Below, piece by piece: positions 47,127-55,507 of a stretch of DNA of 64,000 nt. The DNA is from Novosphingobium sp. Lineage in GTDB: Bacteria > Pseudomonadota > Alphaproteobacteria > Sphingomonadales > Sphingomonadaceae. Numbering within the stretch: the stretch's first letter is position 1; every line of letters begins with the position of its first letter. Under the pieces are notes generated by a model. The model was not told the origin of the DNA. It ran no database searches and was given only the letters and a program-made list of their open reading frames with translations. The DNA lies in the NCBI GenBank assembly GCA_041677785.1, contig JBAYPJ010000005.1:3482-67481 (forward strand), in the 5' to 3' direction. The translations under genes were made by a program, and so were the position numbers.

Positions 47127-47170
47127 CGCCGAATGCGGCGGCGGGCGCGCGCCCGCCGCCGCATTCGGCG
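47127..47170. terminator. 44-nt perfect palindrome; likely bidirectional terminator between convergent ecfG and glsB-like genes
   Basis: CGCCGAATGCGGCGGCGGGCGC|GCGCCCGCCGCCGCATTCGGCG; the two halves are exact reverse complements. Confidence 0.6.
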
Positions 47171-47183
47171 CGGAGCACCGGGT

Positions 47184-47453
47184 TCAGCGAACCGAACCGC
47201 GGCGGAACAGGTTGATGATCGCGAGCAGGACCACCGCGCCGAGGAACGAGGCCAGCAGCGACATCAGGTCGAACGAGCCGCTGGTGATCGGCGCGCCGCC
47301 GATCAGCGGTGTGATCAGGAAGCCGGCAAGCAGCGCGCCGACGATGCCGACGACGATGTTGAGCAGGACGCCCTGCTGCGCGTCGGTGCGCATGACGATG
47401 CTGGCAAGCCAGCCGATGATGCCGCCGACGATAAGGACGAGGATGAGGGTCAT
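47184..47453 (-). CDS. GlsB/YeaQ/YmgE-family (transglycosylase-associated) stress membrane protein
   Basis: MTLILVLIVGGIIGWLASIVMRTDAQQGVLLNIVVGIVGALLAGFLI... ORF 47184..47462 was trimmed to the ATG at 47453. Confidence 0.82.
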   Translation of the reverse strand: MTLILVLIVGGIIGWLASIVMRTDAQQGVLLNIVVGIVGALLAGFLITPLIGGAPITSGSFDLMSLLASFLGAVVLLAIINLFRRGSVR

Positions 47454-47487
47454 GGCACACAAACTCCGCTTTTATCCTATTGGACTA

Positions 47488-47512
47488 AACGACGATGCGA
47501 AGCTGTTGTTCC
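47488..47512 (-). promoter_or_regulatory. EcfG-type promoter motif upstream of the glsB/yeaQ-like gene
   Basis: Minus strand GGAAC-aacagcttcgcatcgt-CGTT (N16), 35 nt upstream of the ATG at 47453. Confidence 0.6.
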
Positions 47513-47534
47513 CGCGCCGGGCGCGATCGGGGGC

Positions 47535-50129
47535 TCAGGCGGCGCGCAGCATCGCGCGGCCGGTGTCCGCCACCAGCTTGGGCACGCGCGTCGCGGGCAC
47601 GGCCCTGCCGTAGAGATAGCCCTGGCCATACGTGCAGCCGCGGGCCAGCAGGTGGCATTCCTGCTCGCGGGTCTCGATGCCTTCCGCGACGATCTCTATG
47701 TCGAGACTGTGGCCGAGGTTGATCACCGTGTTGATGATCGCCTGGTTCTGCGGATCGAGCGCGAAATCATGCAGGAACGAGCGGTCGATCTTCACGATGT
47801 CGACCGGAAACTGCTTGAGATGCGACAGCGAGGCATAGCCGGTACCGAAATCGTCGAGCGCAACGCGGATGCCGGCATCGTGCAGCCTGCGCAGCGCGCG
47901 CTCGACGTATTCGGCGCCGCGGCCCATGAACACCGTCTCGGTGATCTCCACCTGCAGGCAGTCGTGCGGCAGGCCATGGCCGTCGAGCAATACGAGCAGG
48001 CGCTCGGCGAAGGCGTCCTGCCGCAGATCGGCGGCTGTGACGTTGATCGCCACGTGGCCGAAGGGAACGTCGCGGTCGCGCCAGCGCCTTATGTCGCGGA
48101 TCACCTGCGCCACCATCCGGTCGGTGATCTGGCTTGCCAGCTCCAGGTCCTCGAACGCGGCCTGGATGGTGCTGGGCATCTGGGTGCCGTGGCTCGGATG
48201 ACGCCAGCGCAACAGCGCCTCGAAGCCCGCCACCCGGCCCGAGGACAAGGCGACCTTGGGCTGGTAGTACGGCGTGATGAGATCGCGGGCGAGCGCATCG
48301 CGGGCCAGCGAGATCTGGCGGCTGCGCCTCTCGACCGCCGCCTTCATGCTCTGCCGGAACACCGCGACCCGCGCCTTGCCGCGCGACTTGGCGTCGTAGA
48401 GCGCGATATCTGCGTGCTTGAACAGTTCCTCGCCGCTCCGGCCGTGGCGCGGCGCCAGCGCGGCGCCGATGCTGACACGGCATTCGTCGAGCCGCCCCTG
48501 GTAGACCCAGGGTTCGCGCAAGGCTTCGAGGATGTGTTCGGCAACCGCGACGGCAGCGGGGCCCGAGCGCACGTTGCGGGCGATCACCGCGAATTCGTCG
48601 CCGGCCAGGCGCGCGACGATGTCGCCGTGCCGCACGCTTCGGGCGATGCGTTCGGCCACGGCCTGGAGCAGGCGGTCGCCGGCGTCGTGGCCCAGCGTGT
48701 CGTTGACCACCTTGAAGTTGTCGATATCCAGCACCAGCAGGGCGAAGCATTCCTCGCCGATCCTCTGGACGTGGCGGTCGAGATGGGCCTGGAACTGGGC
48801 GCGGTTGGGCAGGCCGGTCAGGTCGTCGTGCATCGCCTTCCAGCGGACCTGCTCCTCGATCTGGCGCTTCTCGGAAATGTCGCGCGAGATGGCGAGATAA
48901 CGGAACGGCCAGTCGTGATCCGCCGGCAGCTTGGAAATGATGGCGTCGTACCAGCGCTGGTCGCCGCCGTCGGGGTCGACGTGACGCAGGCAGAAGCGGC
49001 CGACGCCGCAACGGCGCGCCGCCTCCAGCGCCGCGTCGCACTCGACCCGGTCGGCTGGATCGAGCCGGTACCCGAAGGAATTGCCCACCAGTTCCGCCAT
49101 GTCCGCCAGCCCGTGCGCGCGCAGCATCGCCTCGTTGGCGAAGAGCACCGTGGCATCCTCGTCGAGCAGCGAGATGCAATCCGGATTGGCCGATGCGACC
49201 AGCCGGCTGAACTGCTCGCTGGCGCGCAGCTCGCGCTCGCGGTCACGCCGTTCGCGATCGCTGCGATGCAGCGCCAGCGCGCTCACCATCAGCAGCGTCG
49301 AGGCGACGATGACGCCCGAGGTGATCTGCATGGCCATGCCCGTCTGCTCGTCGATATGGCCGTTCCGCTGCGCCCAGATGCGCAAGGCGCCGGTGGCGAC
49401 GGGAATGGTCACGACAAGCGGCAGGACATACCGGCACATGGTGCCCGCCGGGCCGTCGTCCGCGCGCAGGATATGCAGGAAGGCGGAGTCGCGGCTCAGC
49501 GTGAGGATGCCCGTCCCCAGCAGGAAGATGGCGAACGCCGTCGGCAGCGCCATCGGAACGGAATCGTCCAGCTTGCGAAGATAATGCAGGTCAAGGCCGT
49601 AGCTGATGAACGCGAAGACGGCCATGGCGCTGATCCAGGTGCCGAAAAGCTGCGACAGGACCTGGGCATGGCGCCAGCGGGCATGCAGCAGCGCCACCGC
49701 CAGCCCGCCCAGCAGCAGCGTCGTCGCCGTAGTGGGGGCCATGCGGTTCGGCAATTCGCCGAAATCGACCGCGAGCCGGTCGGCGAACAGGAGCCGGTCC
49801 ACGGGCAGCGTGCCGAACAGGACGTCCGCCAGCTTGGCCGATGCGGCCGCCACCACCGTCAGGGCCGCGGCGCAGGCCGCCCGCCGCCGGCGCAACTGGG
49901 TGAGCGCCACCGAGGCCGCGGCCACGACGAGGCACAGCGCCGTCAGCGGGTTCATCGACACGAAGTCGGTCGCGAAGCTGCGCAGCGCCTTGACGTGCCA
50001 CAGCCACCCGGCGAGCGTCAGCAGCCCCAGCGCCGCGACCAGGGCCACGCTGGCGAAGATCAGGAATGTCGGAAAGTCCATCCGCCCGTCCCGTGAGGGT
50101 CTGGGCAGTTCGGACGCGGCGCGTTCCAT
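47535..50129 (-). CDS. Multi-TM sensor + PAS + GGDEF(AGDEF) + EAL c-di-GMP turnover protein
   Basis: An N-terminal region of about 270 aa has 7-8 TM helices, followed by a PAS-like segment. GGDEF domain: ...DDLTGLPNR...RLAGDEFAV. EAL domain: ...GFEALLRW...DDFGTGYASLSHLK..P.D.VKID. Track ORF 47535..50915 is N-terminally over-extended. The start is taken as ATG 50129 (MERAAS) or 50081 (MDFPTF). Confidence 0.85.
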   Translation of the reverse strand: MERAASELPRPSRDGRMDFPTFLIFASVALVAALGLLTLAGWLWHVKALRSFATDFVSMNPLTALCLVVAAASVALTQLRRRRAACAAALTVVAAASAKLADVLFGTLPVDRLLFADRLAVDFGELPNRMAPTTATTLLLGGLAVALLHARWRHAQVLSQLFGTWISAMAVFAFISYGLDLHYLRKLDDSVPMALPTAFAIFLLGTGILTLSRDSAFLHILRADDGPAGTMCRYVLPLVVTIPVATGALRIWAQRNGHIDEQTGMAMQITSGVIVASTLLMVSALALHRSDRERRDRERELRASEQFSRLVASANPDCISLLDEDATVLFANEAMLRAHGLADMAELVGNSFGYRLDPADRVECDAALEAARRCGVGRFCLRHVDPDGGDQRWYDAIISKLPADHDWPFRYLAISRDISEKRQIEEQVRWKAMHDDLTGLPNRAQFQAHLDRHVQRIGEECFALLVLDIDNFKVVNDTLGHDAGDRLLQAVAERIARSVRHGDIVARLAGDEFAVIARNVRSGPAAVAVAEHILEALREPWVYQGRLDECRVSIGAALAPRHGRSGEELFKHADIALYDAKSRGKARVAVFRQSMKAAVERRSRQISLARDALARDLITPYYQPKVALSSGRVAGFEALLRWRHPSHGTQMPSTIQAAFEDLELASQITDRMVAQVIRDIRRWRDRDVPFGHVAINVTAADLRQDAFAERLLVLLDGHGLPHDCLQVEITETVFMGRGAEYVERALRRLHDAGIRVALDDFGTGYASLSHLKQFPVDIVKIDRSFLHDFALDPQNQAIINTVINLGHSLDIEIVAEGIETREQECHLLARGCTYGQGYLYGRAVPATRVPKLVADTGRAMLRAA

Positions 50130-50336
50130 GTTCCGTTGCGAGTTCCCCTGGCGCCCCGGCCCGGATTCCGGGGCGTGCCCCCTAATCGGCAGGTTTGGTT
50201 GATTTTTTGCTAAGCTCCCCTTGCGCAAAGCCCGTATGGCCTGCGCGGAAAGGCCGATTGACCACTGCCGCGGCCGGCTTGACGCAACCGCTCGCGACCC
50301 GCACCAATCTGCGGCAAGCAGGCGGAGGACGCGCGC

Positions 50337-50828
50337 ATGTTCCTGAAGAACCATTTCCAGAACGCCTACGTCACCCATGACCTGGCCAGGGCGATGGACC
50401 TGATCGACAGGCGGTTCGGCAAGACCGACTGGATCGTGTTCGAGCCCGACATGGTGCTGCAGACGCCCGCTGGCCCCCGGAATTCGAGCGTGAAGGCCGC
50501 GCTGGGCTGGAAGCAGGGCTTGCAGATCGAGCTGATCGAACCCGTCAGGGGCTTCCTCGACCATTATCTGCCCGCGCTTCCCGCCGACAGGTCCGATCCG
50601 ACACCCCGCTTCCATCACATCGCCGTGCGCCGCGACGACGAAGCCGCCATGCGGCGGGAAATCGCCGAGCTGGGCTTTCCGGTGCTGTTCGAAAGCTCGG
50701 TGCCGGGGCTGGTCTTCGTCTACCTCGACGCCCGCGAGACGCTGGGCCACTGCTTCGAATATATCTGGGCCACGCCCGAAGGCTGGGCGATGCAGGGCTG
50801 GCCGCGGGACAAGCCGGTCCAGCCATAG
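50337..50828 (+). CDS. VOC (glyoxalase/bleomycin resistance/dioxygenase) family protein, paralog A
   Basis: 163 aa; MFLKNHFQNAYVTHDLARAMDLIDRRFG...RFHHIAVRRDDEAAMRREIAELG... Confidence 0.7.
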   Translation: MFLKNHFQNAYVTHDLARAMDLIDRRFGKTDWIVFEPDMVLQTPAGPRNSSVKAALGWKQGLQIELIEPVRGFLDHYLPALPADRSDPTPRFHHIAVRRDDEAAMRREIAELGFPVLFESSVPGLVFVYLDARETLGHCFEYIWATPEGWAMQGWPRDKPVQP

Positions 50829-50872
50829 CGTCGTCCCGGGTCGAGCCCGGGACGACGCCGGATTCACCACGC

Positions 50873-51379
50873 TCACCACACCGGCCGCCCTTCCGGCCAG
50901 CCGAGGAACTTCCACGCCTCGGGGCTCTTCCAGGTGAACTCGACGTAGTGGCCGAGGTAGGGCCGCGCATCGAGATAGACGAAAACGAGGCTCGGGATCG
51001 CGTCCTTGATCGCCAGCGGCCCCTCGAAGGCGAGCGGCAGGCCCAGCTCGGCGATTTCCCGCCGCATGGCGGCTTCGTCGTCGCGGCGCAGCGAGATGTG
51101 GTGGAAGCGCGGGACCGCGTCGGTCCGGTCGGCCGGCAGCATCGCCAGATAGTCGTCGACATAGCCCGAGACCGGCTGGATGATCTCGATGTTGAGCCCG
51201 CCCGCCCAGTAGGAGGCGACGCGGTTCACCATCGGCTGCGGCCCCTTGGGCGTGTTCACCACCATGTCGGGATCGAAGCGGTCGAACTTCTCGACGCCGA
51301 AGCGGTCCGCGACGATCGCCATCGCCTTGTCGAGATCGTGGGTGACGTAGGCGTTCTGCATATGGCCGTGGATGAACAT
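50873..51379 (-). CDS. VOC family protein, paralog B (convergent with paralog A)
   Basis: MFIHGHMQNAYVTHDLDKAMAIVADRFG...RFHHISLRRDDEAAMRREIAELG... The ATG at 51379 is behind GGAGAGG. Track ORF 50873..51511 was trimmed. Confidence 0.72.
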   Translation of the reverse strand: MFIHGHMQNAYVTHDLDKAMAIVADRFGVEKFDRFDPDMVVNTPKGPQPMVNRVASYWAGGLNIEIIQPVSGYVDDYLAMLPADRTDAVPRFHHISLRRDDEAAMRREIAELGLPLAFEGPLAIKDAIPSLVFVYLDARPYLGHYVEFTWKSPEAWKFLGWPEGRPVW

Positions 51380-51389
51380 GGCCCCTCTC

Positions 51390-52571
51390 CTATTTCCCGC
51401 GCCATTCGTCGACCACCGGGCCGAAAGCCTGCGCGATCCTTCCCTCGCTCCAGCCGTAGTCCTGAAGGTCATAGCCGTAGGACCCGAGCTTGTGCCGCGG
51501 GTTCTCGGCATCCCAGCGGCGCATCGCCGCCTCGCCCTCGCGCGTCCAGGGCAGCCCGTGCAGGGCGTAAAGTTCCTGCGCCACGCCGATGCCGTCGCCG
51601 ACGCAGCGGCCGTAATCGGTCTCCAGCAGCCGGACCTGCGCGCCCATCTCCGCCCGCTGCGCGAGGTAGCGCTTTAGCTCGTAGGCCCAGTAGTCGACCG
51701 TATATCGCCCGACGAACGCGGGATCGAGCGGCTCGAAGGTGTTGCGCAGGATCTCGGTGCCCATGCGCATGCTGGAGCCCATGGTCCTCGTCAGGTCGCG
51801 CCGCGAAATGACGAAGGTGGCATCGGGAAAGACTGCGAGCATTTCGAGGAACTCGCCGGTGTTGCCCGGATTCTTCAGCACCCAGGGCCGCCCCTGCTTG
51901 CCGCCCCGCTGCCACTGCAGGTACTTCAGCATCTCCTTGAGGTAGGCCTGCGAGGGCACGCGGCTGACCGAGCGCGCCCATTCGAGATAGGGATAATCCG
52001 GCGTCGTGATGAACTGCATCACGTTGTCGAAGTTGGCCAGCGGGATGAAGCTCGTCTCGTCGGCCTCGTCGGCGGCGAACTCGTGCATCACCTGATAGCT
52101 TTCGCCGGTGTTGGTGACGGCGACCATCATCGCACCGGCCCACTGCCGGCGCGGGGTGGGATCGCCCGGCTGCTCGCCCGGAAACGGCGCGGGATTGAAC
52201 ATCGCCCAGGCCGGCGTCGCCAGCACGTTGGGATCGGCCGAGAGGAAGCGCTGGAGCTTGGTCGTGCCGCTGCGCGGCAGGCCGAGCACGACGATCGGGT
52301 CGGAAACGTCCTCGTCGAGGATTTCCGGATGCTTCGCGACATCGGCTTCCCAGCGCAGCCGGTTGACGAGGAAGCGCGTGAAGTTGGCCTGCATGCCCAT
52401 CAGCCCGCGCGCCGACATCTCCAGCCGCGTCGGGATCTCCAGCGCTTTTTCCAGGTTGGGCAGGAACGAGCGGTCGCGAAAGTCGGTGGCGCCGGTGCCG
52501 GCCTGCGCGAAAGCCGCGTCGAGCAGCGGCTCCAGCGTCAGCGCGTGCCTGAGGCCGGCGATCTCATCCAT
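51390..52571 (-). CDS. Sulfotransferase-family protein (PAPS-dependent type)
   Basis: VVLGLPRSGTTKLQRFL is the 5'-PSB P-loop. The start at 52571 (MDEIAG) is behind a purine-rich tract; the track ORF starts at 52592. Confidence 0.72.
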   Translation of the reverse strand: MDEIAGLRHALTLEPLLDAAFAQAGTGATDFRDRSFLPNLEKALEIPTRLEMSARGLMGMQANFTRFLVNRLRWEADVAKHPEILDEDVSDPIVVLGLPRSGTTKLQRFLSADPNVLATPAWAMFNPAPFPGEQPGDPTPRRQWAGAMMVAVTNTGESYQVMHEFAADEADETSFIPLANFDNVMQFITTPDYPYLEWARSVSRVPSQAYLKEMLKYLQWQRGGKQGRPWVLKNPGNTGEFLEMLAVFPDATFVISRRDLTRTMGSSMRMGTEILRNTFEPLDPAFVGRYTVDYWAYELKRYLAQRAEMGAQVRLLETDYGRCVGDGIGVAQELYALHGLPWTREGEAAMRRWDAENPRHKLGSYGYDLQDYGWSEGRIAQAFGPVVDEWRGK

Positions 52572-52649
52572 TCCCTTCCCCTCCCCTCCCATCCCATGCC
52601 ATCTGCACCGCTCGGTCCCCCTCCCCCTCCGAAGGGAGGATCGGCCTCA

Positions 52650-53936
52650 TCAGAAATCGTTGAACCGCCGCCGGTAGACCGAGGCCAGCCGGCGCTCCAT
52701 CTGCGCCTGCCGCTCGGCGCGGCTGATACGCGGCGTGCCGGGCGAGACGTGCCTGTCCAGTTCGGCGAAAGGCACCGTGCGCACCCTGGGCTCGCCGTGG
52801 TCGGCGCGCGTCTCGAAGAAGCGGAAGCCGATCAGGTGCAGGTTGCGGCCCGAGCAGTCGAACCAGTTGGACAGGCCTGGGTCCTGCCAGCTCGCGACGA
52901 AGCGCACCGCGCCGTCCGCCTCGCGGTGCACCTGCGCCACGTTGTAGCTCACCAGCCGCGCCCAGTAGTCGCCCGGCTCCCACTGGAGCTGGGCCAGCTC
53001 GACGTTCCAGTATTCGCATTGCGGCGGGTCGATCTCGATGATCACCGCCTCGTCCGGCCGGCAGCGGAAATGGCCGGAGAAGTAATCGGTCCCGGCAAAG
53101 GCGCCGGGCACGACGAACCGCGCGATCCGGTCCGGCGGCGAGGCGAGGTGCGCCTGCACCCCAGCCTCGCAGAAGTCGGCGTGGACGCGCAGCAGGTCGA
53201 CCAGCCGCTGGAAGCGCGTTTCCGAGGTCTCCCGCGTCAGCAGCGGCGGCGGGAAGGCCTGGTCCTCGCAGGTGAGCGTGAGGTCGGCCGGCTGCTCCGC
53301 GAACCAGTCGGCATAGTATTGGCGGATGTGCAGCTCGCAGCGGCCCTCGGGCAGTTCCAGCCAGATGGCATCGCCGAGGTCATCGGGCTGGCGATGGCTC
53401 AGCACCACGTCGATCTGCCGGCCCGCCGCGAGCTGCGGCGTATCGACGTTGTTCCTGTTGCCGATCATCTTCCAGCCGTCGGCGAAATCGCACGAATGGC
53501 CGTTGTAGGTGCTGAGCTGGAACACCGCGCAGGTCCCGCGATAGCCGCGCAGGCGATAAGTGTGGGCACCGTGCAGCGCCGCCGCGTGATAGTTGCAGTC
53601 GGTCGACTGGAGCTGGAACTGGATGCGGCTGGTGCCGCCCATCTTGGTCAGCGTCGGGTTGCCGTAGTCCGCCTCGACGTGCGCGGCGTGGCCGAAGCTC
53701 ATGTTGCGCAGCAGGTGGCGCAGCGCCTCGTAGGTGTTCAGTTCGCGGTCGTCGCCCGGCCAGCCGACGATCTGCTTCCTCAGCGAATAGCGCATCGCCT
53801 CGACCAGCCTGTCCAGCTCGCCGTAGGCATAGGCAAGCGCGCCCGCGTCGGTCGAGAAGTCCGCCGGCGCGCGCTCCCCGGCGTCCACGCGGGCCGCGAA
53901 ATTGTCCTGCGACATGGCTGGGGTGTCGTGGCTCAT
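52650..53936 (-). CDS. Conserved hypothetical protein (428 aa; possibly DUF1214-like, not verifiable here)
   Basis: Long ORF with high GC3, translationally coupled (ATGA overlap) to the upstream SDR gene. I recognise no catalytic motif. Confidence 0.6.
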   Translation of the reverse strand: MSHDTPAMSQDNFAARVDAGERAPADFSTDAGALAYAYGELDRLVEAMRYSLRKQIVGWPGDDRELNTYEALRHLLRNMSFGHAAHVEADYGNPTLTKMGGTSRIQFQLQSTDCNYHAAALHGAHTYRLRGYRGTCAVFQLSTYNGHSCDFADGWKMIGNRNNVDTPQLAAGRQIDVVLSHRQPDDLGDAIWLELPEGRCELHIRQYYADWFAEQPADLTLTCEDQAFPPPLLTRETSETRFQRLVDLLRVHADFCEAGVQAHLASPPDRIARFVVPGAFAGTDYFSGHFRCRPDEAVIIEIDPPQCEYWNVELAQLQWEPGDYWARLVSYNVAQVHREADGAVRFVASWQDPGLSNWFDCSGRNLHLIGFRFFETRADHGEPRVRTVPFAELDRHVSPGTPRISRAERQAQMERRLASVYRRRFNDF

Positions 53937-54739
53937 GGCTCGAGGTCCTCCGGAATCACGCGGGCGTCGCCCGCCTTGGGCGGCAGCAGGCCGGTACCGA
54001 CCAGCGCCCCGCCGTCCGCCACCATCGCGTGGCCGTTGACGTAGGACGCGGCCGGCGAGACGAGGAATTCGATCACGCTCGCCATCTCGTCGGGATCGGC
54101 CCAGCGCTGCAGCGGCACCTGCCGCTTGAGCAGCTCGTAATGCGCCGGCGCGACATCCTCGATCATGCCGGTCATGCCCGTCCGGGTCGGGCCGGGGCAG
54201 AGCGCGTTGATGCGGATGCCCTCCCAGCCCAGCTCGCGCGCCAGGCTGCGAACGAGGCCGACCAGCGCGTGCTTGGTCATGCCGTAGGCCCAGTTCCCAG
54301 CATCGCCGCCCAGCCCCATGGTCGAGGCGGTGACGACGATCGCGGTATCCTTGCGCCGCCGCAGCAGCGGCAGCGCGGCCCGCACGCCCAGCACCGGACC
54401 GATCATGTTGACGCCGACGATCTTCTGGAACTCGGCGAAAGGCAGCGCGTCGATGCTGCCGCCGCCGGTGATCCCCGCATTGAGCACCGCCGCGTCGAGC
54501 CCGCCGAACCGCGCCTCGGCCTCGGCCGCCATCCGCGCGTTATCCGCCTCGGACGAGACGTCGGCGGCCATCGTCGCGATCCCGGCCCGCCCCTCGGCCC
54601 AGCCGAGCGCCGCTACGTCACGGTCCACCGCCAGCACGCGCCAGCCCTTGCCCGCCAGCCGCTCGCAGGCCGCGCGGCCGATGCCGCTGGCGGCGCCGGT
54701 GACGAGAACGGACTTTGCGCCATCGGTCATCGCTCGCAC
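53933..54739 (-). CDS. SDR-family oxidoreductase
   Basis: TGAASGIGRA cofactor motif; catalytic YGMTK. Confidence 0.88.
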   Translation of the reverse strand: MRAMTDGAKSVLVTGAASGIGRAACERLAGKGWRVLAVDRDVAALGWAEGRAGIATMAADVSSEADNARMAAEAEARFGGLDAAVLNAGITGGGSIDALPFAEFQKIVGVNMIGPVLGVRAALPLLRRRKDTAIVVTASTMGLGGDAGNWAYGMTKHALVGLVRSLARELGWEGIRINALCPGPTRTGMTGMIEDVAPAHYELLKRQVPLQRWADPDEMASVIEFLVSPAASYVNGHAMVADGGALVGTGLLPPKAGDARVIPEDLEP

Positions 54740-54745
54740 TCCCTC

Positions 54746-55507
54746 TCAACCGCCGGCGATCTGCCAGCCGCCGCTGGCGTCGAGCACCTGGCCCGTGACC
54801 CAGGCCGCCTGGTCGCTGGCCATGAAGACGATGACGCGCGCGATGTCCTCCGGCTCGCCGATGCGGCCGAGCGGGGTCACCGAGCGAATCCAGTCCCGCG
54901 CCGCCGCGTCGTCGAACGAGCGGCTGCCTTCGGCATATTCGCCGCGGGTGAGGCCGGGCGCGACGGCGTTGATGCGGATGCCCCTGGGGCCAAGCTCGGG
55001 CGCCACCGCGCGGGTGAACTGGTTGAGCCCGGCCTTGGACGCGCCGTAGACCGAGAGGAGCTGCGAGGGCGACAGCGTATAGCGCCCCGCCGTCGACGAG
55101 ACGATGACGATGTTGCCCCCGCTCGCCTCCAGATAGGGCACCGCCTGCTTGATGAACCGCACGGTCGAGGCAAGGTTGGTGCGGTAGATCTCCTCGATCT
55201 CCTCGTCGCCGGTGTCCTCAAGGCTTTTCCAGAGCTGCGCGCCGGCGTTGCTCACCAGCACGTCGAGGCGGCCGTGGCGGTCGATGACGGCCTGCAGCGC
55301 GCGGGCACGGTCGTCATGGCTGTTGAGGTCCATGCGCACAGCGCTGATGCTGTCCGGCGCCAGGGCGCAGGTTTCCCGCAGCGGCCCCTCGCGCCGGGCG
55401 GCGATGACGACCTTGGCGCCCTCGCGCGCGAACATCAGCGCCGTGCCCTTGCCGATGCCCGTGCCGCCCCCGGTGATGAGCGCGACCTTGCCGTCCAGTT
55501 GTCCCAT
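54746..55507 (-). CDS. SDR-family oxidoreductase
   Basis: MGQLDGKVALITGGGTGIGKG...; NAG; YGASK. This is the tail of the spurious 627-aa track ORF 54746..56629. Confidence 0.88.
   Translation of the reverse strand: MGQLDGKVALITGGGTGIGKGTALMFAREGAKVVIAARREGPLRETCALAPDSISAVRMDLNSHDDRARALQAVIDRHGRLDVLVSNAGAQLWKSLEDTGDEEIEEIYRTNLASTVRFIKQAVPYLEASGGNIVIVSSTAGRYTLSPSQLLSVYGASKAGLNQFTRAVAPELGPRGIRINAVAPGLTRGEYAEGSRSFDDAAARDWIRSVTPLGRIGEPEDIARVIVFMASDQAAWVTGQVLDASGGWQIAGG

Noticed and set aside
47052-50096. 1014-aa plus-strand ORF opposite the GGDEF-EAL gene, and the N-terminal extension of track ORF 47535..50915.
   Set aside because: The antisense ORF is Arg/Gly/Asp/Gln-rich nonsense. The GGDEF-EAL reading frame upstream of 50129 overlaps the VOC gene on the other strand and lacks any homology-like features.
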